Assembly (NCBI GenBank): GCA_018676855.1
Contig: JABHDY010000003.1
Location: forward strand, 148,136 to 212,135
Source of the DNA: Candidatus Woesearchaeota archaeon
Lineage (GTDB): Archaea > Nanobdellota > Nanobdellia > Woesearchaeales > GW2011-AR9
Direction of reading: 5' to 3'
Length of the DNA stretch: 64,000 nucleotides
Numbering within the stretch: position 1 is the stretch's first letter; every line of letters starts with the position of its first letter. The position numbers were made by a program, and so were the translations under genes. The notes beneath the pieces are model-generated. The model was not told where the DNA came from. It saw only the letters and a list, made by a program, of their open reading frames with translations, and ran no database searches. This document shows positions 38,316 through 48,605 of the stretch, in pieces.

Positions 38316-40511
38316 CTACGCTCCTAAAGAACCTTGAGATAATCCTTTTCGCTGAATAATCTGATTCTTTATTTTCTCTTGCAATTCCCCAGGAAGTCTT
38401 TCAAATGTTTGATCAACTAATGAAGAACTACCACGTCCACCCGTCGCAGATCGTAAATCATTCGACCAACCGAACAATTCACCAACGGGCATCTTAGCTT
38501 TAACAATTGTAATGTCTCCCTCTTGAGTCATGTCCAATAACTGACCACGTTTTGAAGATACAATTTTTGAAACTTCTCCAACATAATCTGTAGGTGCTTC
38601 AATTCTCATAACTTGTAACGGTTCATACAATACTGGACCAGCTTGCATTATTGCTCCCCTGATACCTTCTCTAATAGCAGGATACATTTGTGCAGGGCCA
38701 CGATGAATTGCATCTTCATGTAATGTACAGTCCATGAGACTAACTTTCATGTTTAGACATGGCTCTTTAGCAAGAGAACCTGAACCCATAACATCTTCAA
38801 ACATGTCAAGTACCATTTCCATGATTTCGTTAATGTACACAATTCCACGAGTTTTATCAAGGAAAATATTGCCATTCCTTTCACCACGAACGTTCTGTGC
38901 CATTTTTGTATCCCATCCAATTTCTCGTAAAGGACCAATAACATTTTCATCTTTCTTCTTGTATCGTCCTGTAGGTAATTTACCTTCTTTAATTAGATCT
39001 ATTACGTCTTGTTCAAGAGGTTCAACTTTAAAGTACAGTTTGTTATGTTTATTAGGAGACTTTCCTTCAACTTCTGGACTTTCTTTTGTAACAGTTTCAC
39101 GATACACAACAATTGGCGGTGACGTTTTAACTTCAACACCTTTTTCTTTAATGATTCGATGTTCAATAACTTCTAAGTGAAGTTCGCCCATACCATGCAT
39201 TAAATGTTCGCCAGTTTCTTCGTTAATTTCGATTGTAATTGTTGGATCTTCTTTCTGTACTTGACGAAGAACATCAATAAGTTTAGGCAAATCGCTCGGT
39301 TTTTTCGCTTCAATAGCTTTCGTTACAACAGGATCAAAAATGTGTGTTATTTTTTCAAACGGTTCTGCTTTTCCACCGGTTGTGACAGTTTCACCAGGCA
39401 TACCTGCTTTAAGACCGCCTACACCGATAATGTTACCGGAAGGAACGTGGTCAACAATCTCTCGTTTTGCTCCGTTGTACACATAAACTTGCTGAACTCG
39501 TCCAGCAGAATTTGCCATGTTAAGGAAAACCTCATCTCCTTTATTCATTGTACCTGAAAATAATCTACCTGCAGCAATCTCACCAGCTTGAGGATCAACA
39601 ACAACTTTTGTTATAATAAAGAATAACCTTCCTTTAGGGTCACATGAAATTAAACTTTTACCATCAGTACTTTCTAAATCTCCATGCCACAATTTTGGAA
39701 TTCTATATTTCTGAGCTTCAACAGGATCAGGATGATGTTCAGTTACAATATCAAGAACAACTTCATGAATTGGCGCTTTTTTTGCTAACGCTTTCACTTG
39801 TTCTTTAATCTCTTCATCAGTACCAGTATACGAATCAATAATATCTTTGAAACTGACACCTTTTTTCTGCATGTACGGAAGACTAATGCCCCAGTTATGG
39901 AACGCAGAACCAAATGCAACAGTTCCTTTTTCAATACTTACCTGCCATGCTTCTTTGTATTCTTCAGGTGCAATACCGCGAATGATTTTGTTTACATCAG
40001 CAATTTGTTTTACAAACCGTTGTTGCATTTCTTCTGGTGTTAATTGTAATTCTTTGATTAATCGATCAACTTTGTTAATGAATAAGATTGGTCGTACACG
40101 TTCACGTAATGCTTGCCGTAAAACAGTTTCTGTCTGTGGCATTGCTCCTTCAGATGCACAAATTAAGACAATTGCACCATCAACAGCTCTCATCGCTCTC
40201 GTTACATCACCGCCAAAGTCTACGTGACCAGGCGTATCGATAAGATTGATAAGAAATTCTTTGTCTTCAACAGTATGTACCATAGATACTGCTGCAGAAT
40301 CAATTGTTATTCCTCGTTCCTGTTCATCTTCATGAAAATCTAACTTACGTGCTTCTCCAGCATCTTGTTCAGACATCATTCCTGCACCTGCTAAAAGGTT
40401 ATCAGAAAATGTTGTTTTTCCGTGATCAATATGTGCGCAAACACCGATATTTCTAACTTGAGTCGGTTCTTTCATTAACCGCGTTACTTTTTCAACCATC
40501 TTCTCTGCCAT
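38316..40511 (-). CDS. fusA: Translation elongation factor 2 (aEF-2)
   Basis: 731 aa. 'NIGVCAHIDHGKTT', 'DTPGHVDF', 'NKVDR', diphthamide-region 'HEDAIHRGPAQ'. SD 'GAGGT' upstream. Confidence 0.95.
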   Translation of the reverse strand: MAEKMVEKVTRLMKEPTQVRNIGVCAHIDHGKTTFSDNLLAGAGMMSEQDAGEARKLDFHEDEQERGITIDSAAVSMVHTVEDKEFLINLIDTPGHVDFGGDVTRAMRAVDGAIVLICASEGAMPQTETVLRQALRERVRPILFINKVDRLIKELQLTPEEMQQRFVKQIADVNKIIRGIAPEEYKEAWQVSIEKGTVAFGSAFHNWGISLPYMQKKGVSFKDIIDSYTGTDEEIKEQVKALAKKAPIHEVVLDIVTEHHPDPVEAQKYRIPKLWHGDLESTDGKSLISCDPKGRLFFIITKVVVDPQAGEIAAGRLFSGTMNKGDEVFLNMANSAGRVQQVYVYNGAKREIVDHVPSGNIIGVGGLKAGMPGETVTTGGKAEPFEKITHIFDPVVTKAIEAKKPSDLPKLIDVLRQVQKEDPTITIEINEETGEHLMHGMGELHLEVIEHRIIKEKGVEVKTSPPIVVYRETVTKESPEVEGKSPNKHNKLYFKVEPLEQDVIDLIKEGKLPTGRYKKKDENVIGPLREIGWDTKMAQNVRGERNGNIFLDKTRGIVYINEIMEMVLDMFEDVMGSGSLAKEPCLNMKVSLMDCTLHEDAIHRGPAQMYPAIREGIRGAIMQAGPVLYEPLQVMRIEAPTDYVGEVSKIVSSKRGQLLDMTQEGDITIVKAKMPVGELFGWSNDLRSATGGRGSSSLVDQTFERLPGELQEKIKNQIIQRKGLSQGSLGA

Positions 40512-40541
40512 TGTTAATATACCTCACTGAATATAATGTTT

Positions 40542-41186
40542 TTATTTCTCATCAATTACCTTAAATATTCTATTCATAATTTCTTCTTTATGTGTTCCAA
40601 AATCTTCGTTCACTGTAACCTCTCTCAGTAAACCCTTCTCTGTGTAAAAACCAATTAATGGTGATGTTTGTTCTTCGTACACAACTAACCGTTTTTCGAT
40701 CGCTTCTGGTTTATCATCGTCCCGTTCATAGAGTTCGCCACCACACGTATCACAAATACCATCCTGTTTTGGAGGAATGTTTTGTTTGTGAAATATTTGG
40801 CCACATTTCCGACAAATAATTCTACCACCTAAACGGCCAAGAATAACATCCTTATCAGCTTTAAAATTGATAACCATATCAATAGGAGTTATATCGGTAA
40901 GAGCTTCTGCTTGTGCAATTGTTCGAGGAAAACCATCAAGGACAAAATTATCGTTCGCATCGTCTCTTGATAATCTTTCTTTGACCATACCAATCGTTAC
41001 TTCATCTGGAACAAGTTGACCAGCATCCATAAAGGATTTTGCTTGTACTCCCAATTCTGTTTCGCTCTTCAGATTTTCACGAAACAAATCTCCTGTTGAA
41101 ATGTGTAAAAGATTATATTTCTGTACCAATTCCTGTGTGTACGTTCCTTTTCCCACACCCGGAGACCCCAATACGACAAGTTTCAT
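40542..41186 (-). CDS. adk: Adenylate kinase, long (bacterial-like) form with Zn-lid
   Basis: 'GSPGVGKGT', 'ISTGDLFR', lid 'CRKCG..CDTCGG', 'RDDD'. Confidence 0.9.
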   Translation of the reverse strand: MKLVVLGSPGVGKGTYTQELVQKYNLLHISTGDLFRENLKSETELGVQAKSFMDAGQLVPDEVTIGMVKERLSRDDANDNFVLDGFPRTIAQAEALTDITPIDMVINFKADKDVILGRLGGRIICRKCGQIFHKQNIPPKQDGICDTCGGELYERDDDKPEAIEKRLVVYEEQTSPLIGFYTEKGLLREVTVNEDFGTHKEEIMNRIFKVIDEK

Positions 41187-41216
41187 TTTTTAGTATACCT
41201 CTCTCAACTCTCTTTT

Positions 41217-41795
41217 TTATTGATCAAATGAATGGAACATTTTAAAGTCCCGTTTTGTATAATCAAACAATTCATCATCTTTGAACCATACTTTAATTTC
41301 TCTTTCTGCTTCATGTTGTTTTCCTGCAGCGTGAACAAGATTAATCAATGGCCGTTTATAAAAGTCCGCTAGATCATATGATTCAACTGATAAATCGCCA
41401 CGAATCGTTCCTGGAAGTGCTTGCCTTGGTTCTGTATGACCAACAATTTTTCTCCCAACTTCAACTGCATGATATCCTTCAAAACACATAGCAATAACAG
41501 GATGACCTGTAAGAGAATTAATGTTCCAGTCACGAATTCTTTTTCCTACTTGAAGAGGCGTTTCGTCAGTCTCTCGCCCTTTCTCTTTCCATGTTTCAAT
41601 TGTTCTTTCACCAGTTATTGTCCACATAGCATCATCGTCAGGATAATGTCGACCAACCATATCTGCTGTAGGAATAACAAGTTTTAAACCAACAAGTTTC
41701 ATACCTTTTTGTTCAAATCTTCGTATAATCTCGCCGACAAGTCCCCGATGAATGGAATCTTGCTTTGCAAGTATAAGTGTTTGTTCTGTTTTCAT
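41217..41795 (-). CDS. ndk: Divergent nucleoside-diphosphate kinase homologue with internal insertion
   Basis: 'EQTLILAKQDSIHRGLVGEIIRRFEQKGMKLVGLKL', 'GTIRGD', 'NLVHAAG'. Occupies the conserved position after rpl24e. 192 aa versus the usual ~150. Confidence 0.75.
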   Translation of the reverse strand: MKTEQTLILAKQDSIHRGLVGEIIRRFEQKGMKLVGLKLVIPTADMVGRHYPDDDAMWTITGERTIETWKEKGRETDETPLQVGKRIRDWNINSLTGHPVIAMCFEGYHAVEVGRKIVGHTEPRQALPGTIRGDLSVESYDLADFYKRPLINLVHAAGKQHEAEREIKVWFKDDELFDYTKRDFKMFHSFDQ

Positions 41796-41821
41796 GTGTC
41801 ATCACCAACAATAGTTATAGT

Positions 41822-42025
41822 TTATACTTTCGTATCTTTCGTATCTTTCTTATGTTCCTTTCGGAAATGTTCAGTCCACCGAACAGTAAGAGGTTTACGT
41901 TTAAGTTTCAGTAAGTTTTTTTCGCACCTGTTAGAACAGAAATATGCTATCTTACCACTTACATAGGCAAACATTTTTCCTGTTCCTTTCTTGATTGAAT
42001 TTCCGCAAAATGTACATTTAGGCAT
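41822..42025 (-). CDS. rpl24e: Ribosomal protein L24e
   Basis: 'CTFCGNSIKKGTGKMF..FCSNRC' zinc ribbon. 67 aa. Confidence 0.9.
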   Translation of the reverse strand: MPKCTFCGNSIKKGTGKMFAYVSGKIAYFCSNRCEKNLLKLKRKPLTVRWTEHFRKEHKKDTKDTKV

Positions 42026-42038
42026 TTTATATTATCTC

Positions 42039-42320
42039 CTATTTCCTGCCGCGTCGACCGCCGCCAAGACGTTGTGCTTCAATTTCTGTTTCAAGTAACA
42101 TTAATATGTCGCCAACCTGAACAGGTCCTTTAACATTTCGTCTGATAGCTTTAGTTTTATCACGACCATCCAAGATTTGGCACATAACTTGTGTCAGTTC
42201 TCCTCGACTTCCTGCTCGTGCAACTATTTCTTTAACTTCAGCTGGAATTCCTGGTGAAAATCGAATTTCTCCTTCTACTCGAGATTCATCAGCACCTTTC
42301 TTGAATGTTTTTTTTATCAT
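42039..42320 (-). CDS. rps28e: Ribosomal protein S28e
   Basis: '[26 protein letters not shown]'. Confidence 0.9.
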   Translation of the reverse strand: MIKKTFKKGADESRVEGEIRFSPGIPAEVKEIVARAGSRGELTQVMCQILDGRDKTKAIRRNVKGPVQVGDILMLLETEIEAQRLGGGRRGRK

Positions 42321-42331
42321 TTTTGTGTCAC

Positions 42332-42655
42332 CTATTCTTCCGTCATAGGAAGTGATTCAAGAGCAGACTTTGCGTCTCCTTCCTTAACAATAGCAACAGA
42401 TGCGGTTGCGACAGGCAAGCCTGCAGCTGCTCCCAAGTCATCCTTCTTTGAAACTTTCACGCAACGAATTTCTTTCTCTTTACAGAGTAATGGTAAGTGC
42501 ATAACAACTTCTTTAGGAGTAACGTCATCTGCATAGACAACAAGTTTTGCATTGCCTTTTTCGACAGCTTTTGTTGTTTCATTAGCGCCCTTTCTAATCT
42601 TTCCAGTAGTACGAGCGATTTCTACTATTTCCAATACTTTTGCTTCATCAGCCAT
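42332..42655 (-). CDS. rpl7ae: Ribosomal protein L7Ae (K-turn binding)
   Basis: '[28 protein letters not shown]'. Start taken at 'MADEAK' (42655), preceded by SD 'GAGGT'. The upstream ATG 42682 sits in a hairpin loop. Confidence 0.9.
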   Translation of the reverse strand: MADEAKVLEIVEIARTTGKIRKGANETTKAVEKGNAKLVVYADDVTPKEVVMHLPLLCKEKEIRCVKVSKKDDLGAAAGLPVATASVAIVKEGDAKSALESLPMTEE

Positions 42656-42671
42656 TTTGTTTAACCTCTGC

Positions 42672-42695
42672 GTAACAATCATAAGAAATTGTTAC
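42672..42695 (-). promoter_or_regulatory. Perfect 8-bp hairpin in the rpl7ae leader
   Basis: gtaacaat / attgttac with an 8-nt loop, between the TATA-like box (about 42740-42754) and ATG 42655. Confidence 0.3.
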
Positions 42696-42907
42696 CTTTG
42701 TCATTCCGACTTCATCGGTAATATATACTTCAAAACGAAGTTTATTTAAAAAGGTTATTGAAAAAATACCTGTTTTTTTCTAGAACCCCCAGAAAAGTAG
42801 ATTTTTCTGGGTGGATTATGGTAAAAGTACAGATATAATACAAATTACCCATCCTTATTCAAAATTCATAACATTCTTAAACTAAAATTGAAATGTATAC
42901 TTAAAAA

Positions 42908-44635
42908 ATGTGTGGTATTATTGGGTATGTTGGAGCGAAAAGTGCAAATGATATTCTTATTGCAGGATTAGAACGGTTAGAATATAGAGGGTACGATTCT
43001 GCAGGAATAGCTGTCACTCATGATAATCTTATTTCTATTAACAAGTCTGAAGGACGAGTCCATAACTTAAAAACCAAAAAACTTGATGGAACAAGAGGTA
43101 TTGGTCATACACGATGGGCAACTCATGGATCTCCATCAGACAGAAACGCACATCCATTTACTTGTAATGAAAACAAGTTTGTCGTTGTCCATAATGGTAT
43201 TATTGAAAACTATTTAGAATTGCGATCAGGATTGATTCATGCTGGAATTTCCTGTACTTCTGATACAGATTCTGAAGTTATTGTTCATTTAATCTCACAA
43301 GCATACAATGGAAATCTTAAGGATGCGGTATGTAAAGTTATTAAACACCTTCAGGGAAGTTATGCGTTATGTGTCATGCATAAAGACACACACGAACTGA
43401 TAGGGGCAAGAAACGGAAGTCCACTTTTAATTGGTTTGGGAAATGAAGAAAATTTTCTGGCATCAGACGCATCTGCAATTATTGATCATACAAAAGACGT
43501 TATTTACATGAATGATTTTCAAGTAGCAGAGATTAGTAAAGATTATGTGAAGGTGTTTGATTTTGATGGTATTGAACAACAGCACGAGATTAAAAAGATT
43601 GATTGGAATCTTGAACAGGCACAGAAAGGCGGATATACACATTTCATGCTCAAAGAAATATTTGAACAGCCAGCAGTTGCCCAAGAATCGTTAAACGTTA
43701 ATTTCATTCTGGCAAAAGATTTTTCTCGTATCATTATTGTTGCGTGTGGCACTGCAAGTTATGCTGGCCTTGTAGGAAAGTACGTTCTTGAAAAAGTTGC
43801 AAAGATTCCTGTTGTAAACGAAATAGCGTCCGAGTTTAGATATAAAGAATGTTTAATTTCTGAAAGAGATTTAGTCATCGCCATATCACAAAGTGGTGAG
43901 ACAGCAGATACACTTGCTGCTGTACGATTGGCACACCAAAAAGGTGCACGAACGTTAGGATTGATCAACGTTGTTGATAGTACAATCGCACGTGAAGTTG
44001 ATTCTGTTGTGTATACACGAGCAGGTCCAGAAATAGGTGTTGCATCAACAAAAGCGTTTATCTCACAATTAATAACGTTGTACAAATTAGCATTTCATTT
44101 TACAGATAATGAAATGAATCACAGTATTGTTGACAAAATTGCGGAAACATTACAGTTAAGTGATTCTATACGAAAACTTGCAGAACAATATTATGAATGT
44201 CAAAATTTTCTATACATTGGAAGAAATCTTAGTTTTCCATTAGCGTTAGAGGGTGCATTAAAATTAAAAGAAATCTCGTACATTCATGCAGAGGCGTACC
44301 CTGCTGGAGAACTTAAACATGGCCCCATAGCATTAGTATGTACAGAAATGCCAACCATTGCCATCTGTCCACAAGATACCGTGTATGAGAAAACATATTC
44401 TAACATTGAAGAAGTAAAAGCAAGAAAGGGAAGGGTAATTACAATTGCAACGGAAGGTGATGAGAGAATTAAGAATGTTAGTAATAATGTTATATATGTC
44501 CCTAAAGTGAACAATATATTGTATCCATTTGTTATTGCAGTTGTGTTACAATTATTTGCGTACCATGTTGCTGATCTACGTGATTGTGATGTTGATAAAC
44601 CACGGAATTTGGCAAAAAGTGTAACGGTTGAATAA
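42908..44635 (+). CDS. glmS: Glutamine--fructose-6-phosphate aminotransferase
   Basis: 'MCGIIGY', 'HTRWATHG', two SIS domains, C-terminal 'NLAKSVTVE'. Confidence 0.95.
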   Translation: MCGIIGYVGAKSANDILIAGLERLEYRGYDSAGIAVTHDNLISINKSEGRVHNLKTKKLDGTRGIGHTRWATHGSPSDRNAHPFTCNENKFVVVHNGIIENYLELRSGLIHAGISCTSDTDSEVIVHLISQAYNGNLKDAVCKVIKHLQGSYALCVMHKDTHELIGARNGSPLLIGLGNEENFLASDASAIIDHTKDVIYMNDFQVAEISKDYVKVFDFDGIEQQHEIKKIDWNLEQAQKGGYTHFMLKEIFEQPAVAQESLNVNFILAKDFSRIIIVACGTASYAGLVGKYVLEKVAKIPVVNEIASEFRYKECLISERDLVIAISQSGETADTLAAVRLAHQKGARTLGLINVVDSTIAREVDSVVYTRAGPEIGVASTKAFISQLITLYKLAFHFTDNEMNHSIVDKIAETLQLSDSIRKLAEQYYECQNFLYIGRNLSFPLALEGALKLKEISYIHAEAYPAGELKHGPIALVCTEMPTIAICPQDTVYEKTYSNIEEVKARKGRVITIATEGDERIKNVSNNVIYVPKVNNILYPFVIAVVLQLFAYHVADLRDCDVDKPRNLAKSVTVE

Positions 44636-44686
44636 ACGTAGTTCACTACAACAATAAATATAAACTCATTTCATTCTACAACATCT

Positions 44687-45904
44687 ATGAAATATGCTCA
44701 TCTTGCTGATTTACATTTAGGTGCATGGCGTGAAGAAAAGATGCGAACGGTATCTACACACGCGTTTCTATCAGCAATTGATAATTGTATAGAACAACGC
44801 GTAGATTTTATTCTATTTGCAGGAGATTTGTTTAACACGTCCCTTCCAAGTTTAGATACTCTTAAGATAGTTACAAAGAAACTAAAAGAAGTACAAGATA
44901 AAAAAATTCCTGTTTATATTGTTGCAGGATCGCACGACTTTTCACCGTCAGGAAAAACGATGCTTGATGTCCTTGAACATGCAGGCCTTCTTATTAACGT
45001 ATGTAAAGGGAATGTACAAGATAATGAACTACATCTTTCTTTTACCACTGATCCTAAGACAGGAGCTAAGATTACAGGAATCATCGGAAGGAGAGGACTT
45101 CTTGACAAAACATATTATACAACGTTGCACAGAGAATCGTTAGAACGGGAACAAGGATATAAGATATTTATGTTTCATACGGCAGTAACAGAATTAATGC
45201 CACAAGAATTAGCGATGGTTGAATCTTTACCATTATCATTCTTTCCGAAAGGATTCAATTATTACGCTGGTGGACATATTCATAACAAAAAAAGAATTGA
45301 TCAGCCAGAATATGGAACTGTAACATATCCAGGAGCATTATTTCCGCACAACTTTCAAGAGATGGAAAAATTTCAGGAAGGAAATTATCAGATAATTACT
45401 GTTAATGAAGACACACAAACAGTAGAAGACATTCCTGTCCAGGTTAAACAATGTGAATCGTTAATACTAGATTGTAATAAAAAGTCGCCAGATGTTATTA
45501 CGTTTGAAATATTGAACCATTTTCAAGAGAAGGATATCACTGATATGATTATTACTATCAAATTAAAAGGAATGATTGAAAATGGAAGAGTATCCGACAT
45601 TAATTTCACGGAAATTTTTAAACAGTTATATGAAAAATGTGCATATTTCGTTATGCGAAATATGAACAAACTTAATTCTGAAGATTTTGAAGAAGTTAAA
45701 ATTGCACAGTCAAACCCAGAGATGGTTGAAGAAGAAATTATTGCTGAACATCTTCAACAGATGAAAACGTTTGATAAAGAAACTGAGTTACATACAATAC
45801 GTTCACTGATGACCGTCCTTAATACGACTAAAAAAGAAGGTGAAACCGTTACGGACTTTCACACTAGAACAGAATCTGATATTGATAAATTGTTACAGAT
45901 GTAA
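44687..45904 (+). CDS. mre11: Mre11-like DSB-repair nuclease (metallophosphoesterase)
   Basis: 'YAHLADLHLG', 'AGDLFN', 'VAGSHD', 'MFHTAV', 'GGHIHN'. 405 aa. Confidence 0.75.
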   Translation: MKYAHLADLHLGAWREEKMRTVSTHAFLSAIDNCIEQRVDFILFAGDLFNTSLPSLDTLKIVTKKLKEVQDKKIPVYIVAGSHDFSPSGKTMLDVLEHAGLLINVCKGNVQDNELHLSFTTDPKTGAKITGIIGRRGLLDKTYYTTLHRESLEREQGYKIFMFHTAVTELMPQELAMVESLPLSFFPKGFNYYAGGHIHNKKRIDQPEYGTVTYPGALFPHNFQEMEKFQEGNYQIITVNEDTQTVEDIPVQVKQCESLILDCNKKSPDVITFEILNHFQEKDITDMIITIKLKGMIENGRVSDINFTEIFKQLYEKCAYFVMRNMNKLNSEDFEEVKIAQSNPEMVEEEIIAEHLQQMKTFDKETELHTIRSLMTVLNTTKKEGETVTDFHTRTESDIDKLLQM

Positions 45905-45941
45905 AAAAACATTTATATACACTACATAACTTCATTTGTAT

Positions 45942-47144
45942 ATGAAGAGGTTCTCACTCGCAACCTTTCCTTTGGAAGGAAAGACAGTTTTTCTCCGAGT
46001 AGATTACAATGTTCCATTTGAAAAGGGTAAGATTGTTGACAATAGTAAAATTAAATTATCTTTAAAAACAATAAATTATTTGTTGCATAAGAATTGTAAG
46101 ATAATTATTGCTACTCATTTTGGAAGGCCAAAAGGAAAGTTTGTTAAGGAGTTAACGGTTAGCCCGTTATTAAAAGAACTAAAGACATTATTACCAAAAG
46201 AAAAAATTGTAAAATTATCAGATTGTATTGGAAAAGATATTCAGCACAAAATTCAAAAAGCAAAACCAAAACAAATTTTTCTTCTTGAGAATTTACGATT
46301 TTATAAACAGGAAGAACAAAACGATCCTGCGTTTGCACATTCACTGGCAGATTTAGCAGACGTATACATTAATGAGGCATTTGGTGTTAGTCATAGAAAA
46401 CATGCATCTGTTGATGCAATCACACATTTTATTCCTAGTATTGCAGGTATTACGCTCGAAACAGAAATTCAGGAATTAACAAAAGCGTTACGGCCACGAA
46501 AACCGTCAGTGTGGATTATGGGTGGTGCGAAACTTGATAAAGTAAAGTTGTTGGAAAGTGCATTACAAAAATCTAAGTACGTTTTAATTGGAGGAGCATT
46601 ACCGTTTGCATTCCTAAAATCAAAAGGAATATCTGTTGGCATGTCAAAAGTTGATGGTACGTCTGTACGTGCTGCACAAAAATTGTTACGAAAGCGAATT
46701 TCTACAAAAATAATTTTACCAATAGATTTTGTTGTTGCAGATTCATTTTCATTAAGAGCGAAGACGCGAGTTGCTAAATATAACGATATTAAAAGGGATG
46801 AATTTGCGTTAGATATTGGACCTGCAACTGTAAAGTTGTTTAAACAGTACTTACGGAAAGCACATACAATTGTATGGAACGGCCCATTAGGATATTATGA
46901 ATGGGTACCGTTTTCGTCAGGTACAAAAGATATCGGCAGATATATTGTTACATTAACAGCAGAGACTATTTGTGGTGGCGGTGAAACTGTTGATGCTATT
47001 AAAAAATTTTATTTGGAACATAAAATGACACATATATCGTCAGGTGGTGGTGCCTCCCTTACATTTTTGGCTGGGAATAAGATTGTTGGTATTACTGCGT
47101 TGGAAAAGAATTATAGTAAGTTCAAGAAGAGAATCAAAAAGTAA
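45942..47144 (+). CDS. pgk: Phosphoglycerate kinase
   Basis: 'VFLRVDYNVP', 'ATHFGRPKG', 'LENLRFY', 'ISSGGGASL'. Confidence 0.9.
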   Translation: MKRFSLATFPLEGKTVFLRVDYNVPFEKGKIVDNSKIKLSLKTINYLLHKNCKIIIATHFGRPKGKFVKELTVSPLLKELKTLLPKEKIVKLSDCIGKDIQHKIQKAKPKQIFLLENLRFYKQEEQNDPAFAHSLADLADVYINEAFGVSHRKHASVDAITHFIPSIAGITLETEIQELTKALRPRKPSVWIMGGAKLDKVKLLESALQKSKYVLIGGALPFAFLKSKGISVGMSKVDGTSVRAAQKLLRKRISTKIILPIDFVVADSFSLRAKTRVAKYNDIKRDEFALDIGPATVKLFKQYLRKAHTIVWNGPLGYYEWVPFSSGTKDIGRYIVTLTAETICGGGETVDAIKKFYLEHKMTHISSGGGASLTFLAGNKIVGITALEKNYSKFKKRIKK

Positions 47145-47145
47145 T

Positions 47146-48345
47146 TTATCGTCCAGCAACTATCTCTACAACATCTCTATGTTGTAACAAATGTTCTTTA
47201 CCGACAGTTCTTTTTGTACGAACATCAATTGCCCGGATAAAATTCTTCCCAAAATCACTGTGTAACTTGTATGCAAAGTCAAGCGCAGTCGTATTTGGTG
47301 GCATCATGAAACAATCTGGAAGGCACCGCCCTTCAGAATCTTCTAACTTAGTAACGCCACCAGGAAAAATTGCCATATATTCTAACAATTCAAACACTGC
47401 TTTATCAATAACATCTTGCACACCTGTTGATTGATATTGTGTTAAGATTGTTTCTTTAATGAATGTTAACGCGTGTGTCTGTTTTTCGTTTAATTTAGAT
47501 TGATCAAGAATACTAAAATTATTATCACCAGGAACATAATCTATAACATCATGTTTCGCTGCTTCTTTTAACGCTAACTCTGATTCAGAGGAACAAGCAA
47601 CAAAGATATAGTTTGGAAATTCTTGTTGTAATCTTTTTAGGTTTGCATCTGCTCCAGGAACGTCAATTTTGTTACATGCAATAATCATAGGTTTTGTTTT
47701 TTGTCGTAATGCTGTTGCCAGTCCTTTCATTTCATCTTCTGTCCAATATTGAGGTTTCTCTTTGTTAAGAGATAATTCCTTAATTGCATTATCTACCATT
47801 ACTTCATCAACGTGAAGTCCAGACAATTGTGTCCCTAACGCAAGATGTATTTCTTTCCTTTCTTGAACAACTGTTCGAGAAAACTTTTGCCATCCTTTCA
47901 TAAGTATTCCAAGATACCACATGTCTAATTCCACTTCTAAAAACTTAACGTCCTCTGCTGGATCATACTCTCCCGGTTGAACCTGTTCACCTTTTTCATT
48001 TGTTGAACCCGAAATGTCAATAACGTGTATAAGAACGTCTGCTTGTCTCAAATCATCAAGAAATTGGTTTCCCATACCCTTACCTTCATGTGCACCTGGA
48101 ACAAGACCGGCAACGTCAATCATTTTTACGGGAACAAAACGCCACCCGTGCATATAATATCCCTCTCGTGGATTAGGTTCTTTACCAAAATCTTTTGCAG
48201 CAGATTTAATCTTAACATAGCCAACACCCTCGTTAGGTTTAATCGTTGCAAATGGATAATTAGCTATTTCTGCGTCTGCAAGCGTTGCCGCTTTAAAGAA
48301 CGTACTTTTTCCCACGTTTGGTTTTCCCACAATTCCTATAAGCAT
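47146..48345 (-). CDS. Obg-family P-loop NTPase (YchF/OLA1-like) with C-terminal TGS-like domain
   Basis: 'GIVGKPNVGKSTFF', 'DVAGLVPGAHEGKGMGNQFLDDLRQADVLIHVID', 'ACNKID'. Confidence 0.8.
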   Translation of the reverse strand: MLIGIVGKPNVGKSTFFKAATLADAEIANYPFATIKPNEGVGYVKIKSAAKDFGKEPNPREGYYMHGWRFVPVKMIDVAGLVPGAHEGKGMGNQFLDDLRQADVLIHVIDISGSTNEKGEQVQPGEYDPAEDVKFLEVELDMWYLGILMKGWQKFSRTVVQERKEIHLALGTQLSGLHVDEVMVDNAIKELSLNKEKPQYWTEDEMKGLATALRQKTKPMIIACNKIDVPGADANLKRLQQEFPNYIFVACSSESELALKEAAKHDVIDYVPGDNNFSILDQSKLNEKQTHALTFIKETILTQYQSTGVQDVIDKAVFELLEYMAIFPGGVTKLEDSEGRCLPDCFMMPPNTTALDFAYKLHSDFGKNFIRAIDVRTKRTVGKEHLLQHRDVVEIVAGR

Positions 48346-48417
48346 TTAATATTTGATTTATCGTACGTTTATTAGTTTTATGGTTAGAATTCATATATTA
48401 AGTAAAATTTATAAAAA

Positions 48418-48561
48418 ATGAAGGTCGTTTTTGTCAAAACAATGGAAAATATGTATTACTCAAGAATAGAAATTCAAGAACCAGTAATAAGATATGATAG
48501 ACTTATTGTTGAATACCAAAAAAAATGTGATTATGTTATTGAGCCTGTTCCTTCTCCTTAA
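48418..48561 (+). CDS. Possible small protein (47 aa), below the track cut-off
   Basis: Reads ATG..TAA 'MKVVFVKTMENMYYSRIEIQEPVIRYDRLIVEYQKKCDYVIEPVPSP'. 'catatatta' lies about 20-25 nt upstream. No other support. Confidence 0.25.
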   Translation: MKVVFVKTMENMYYSRIEIQEPVIRYDRLIVEYQKKCDYVIEPVPSP

Positions 48562-48605
48562 ACTATCCAAAAAGTATATAAATACCACTTAAAAGTAGTT
48601 TCTTA

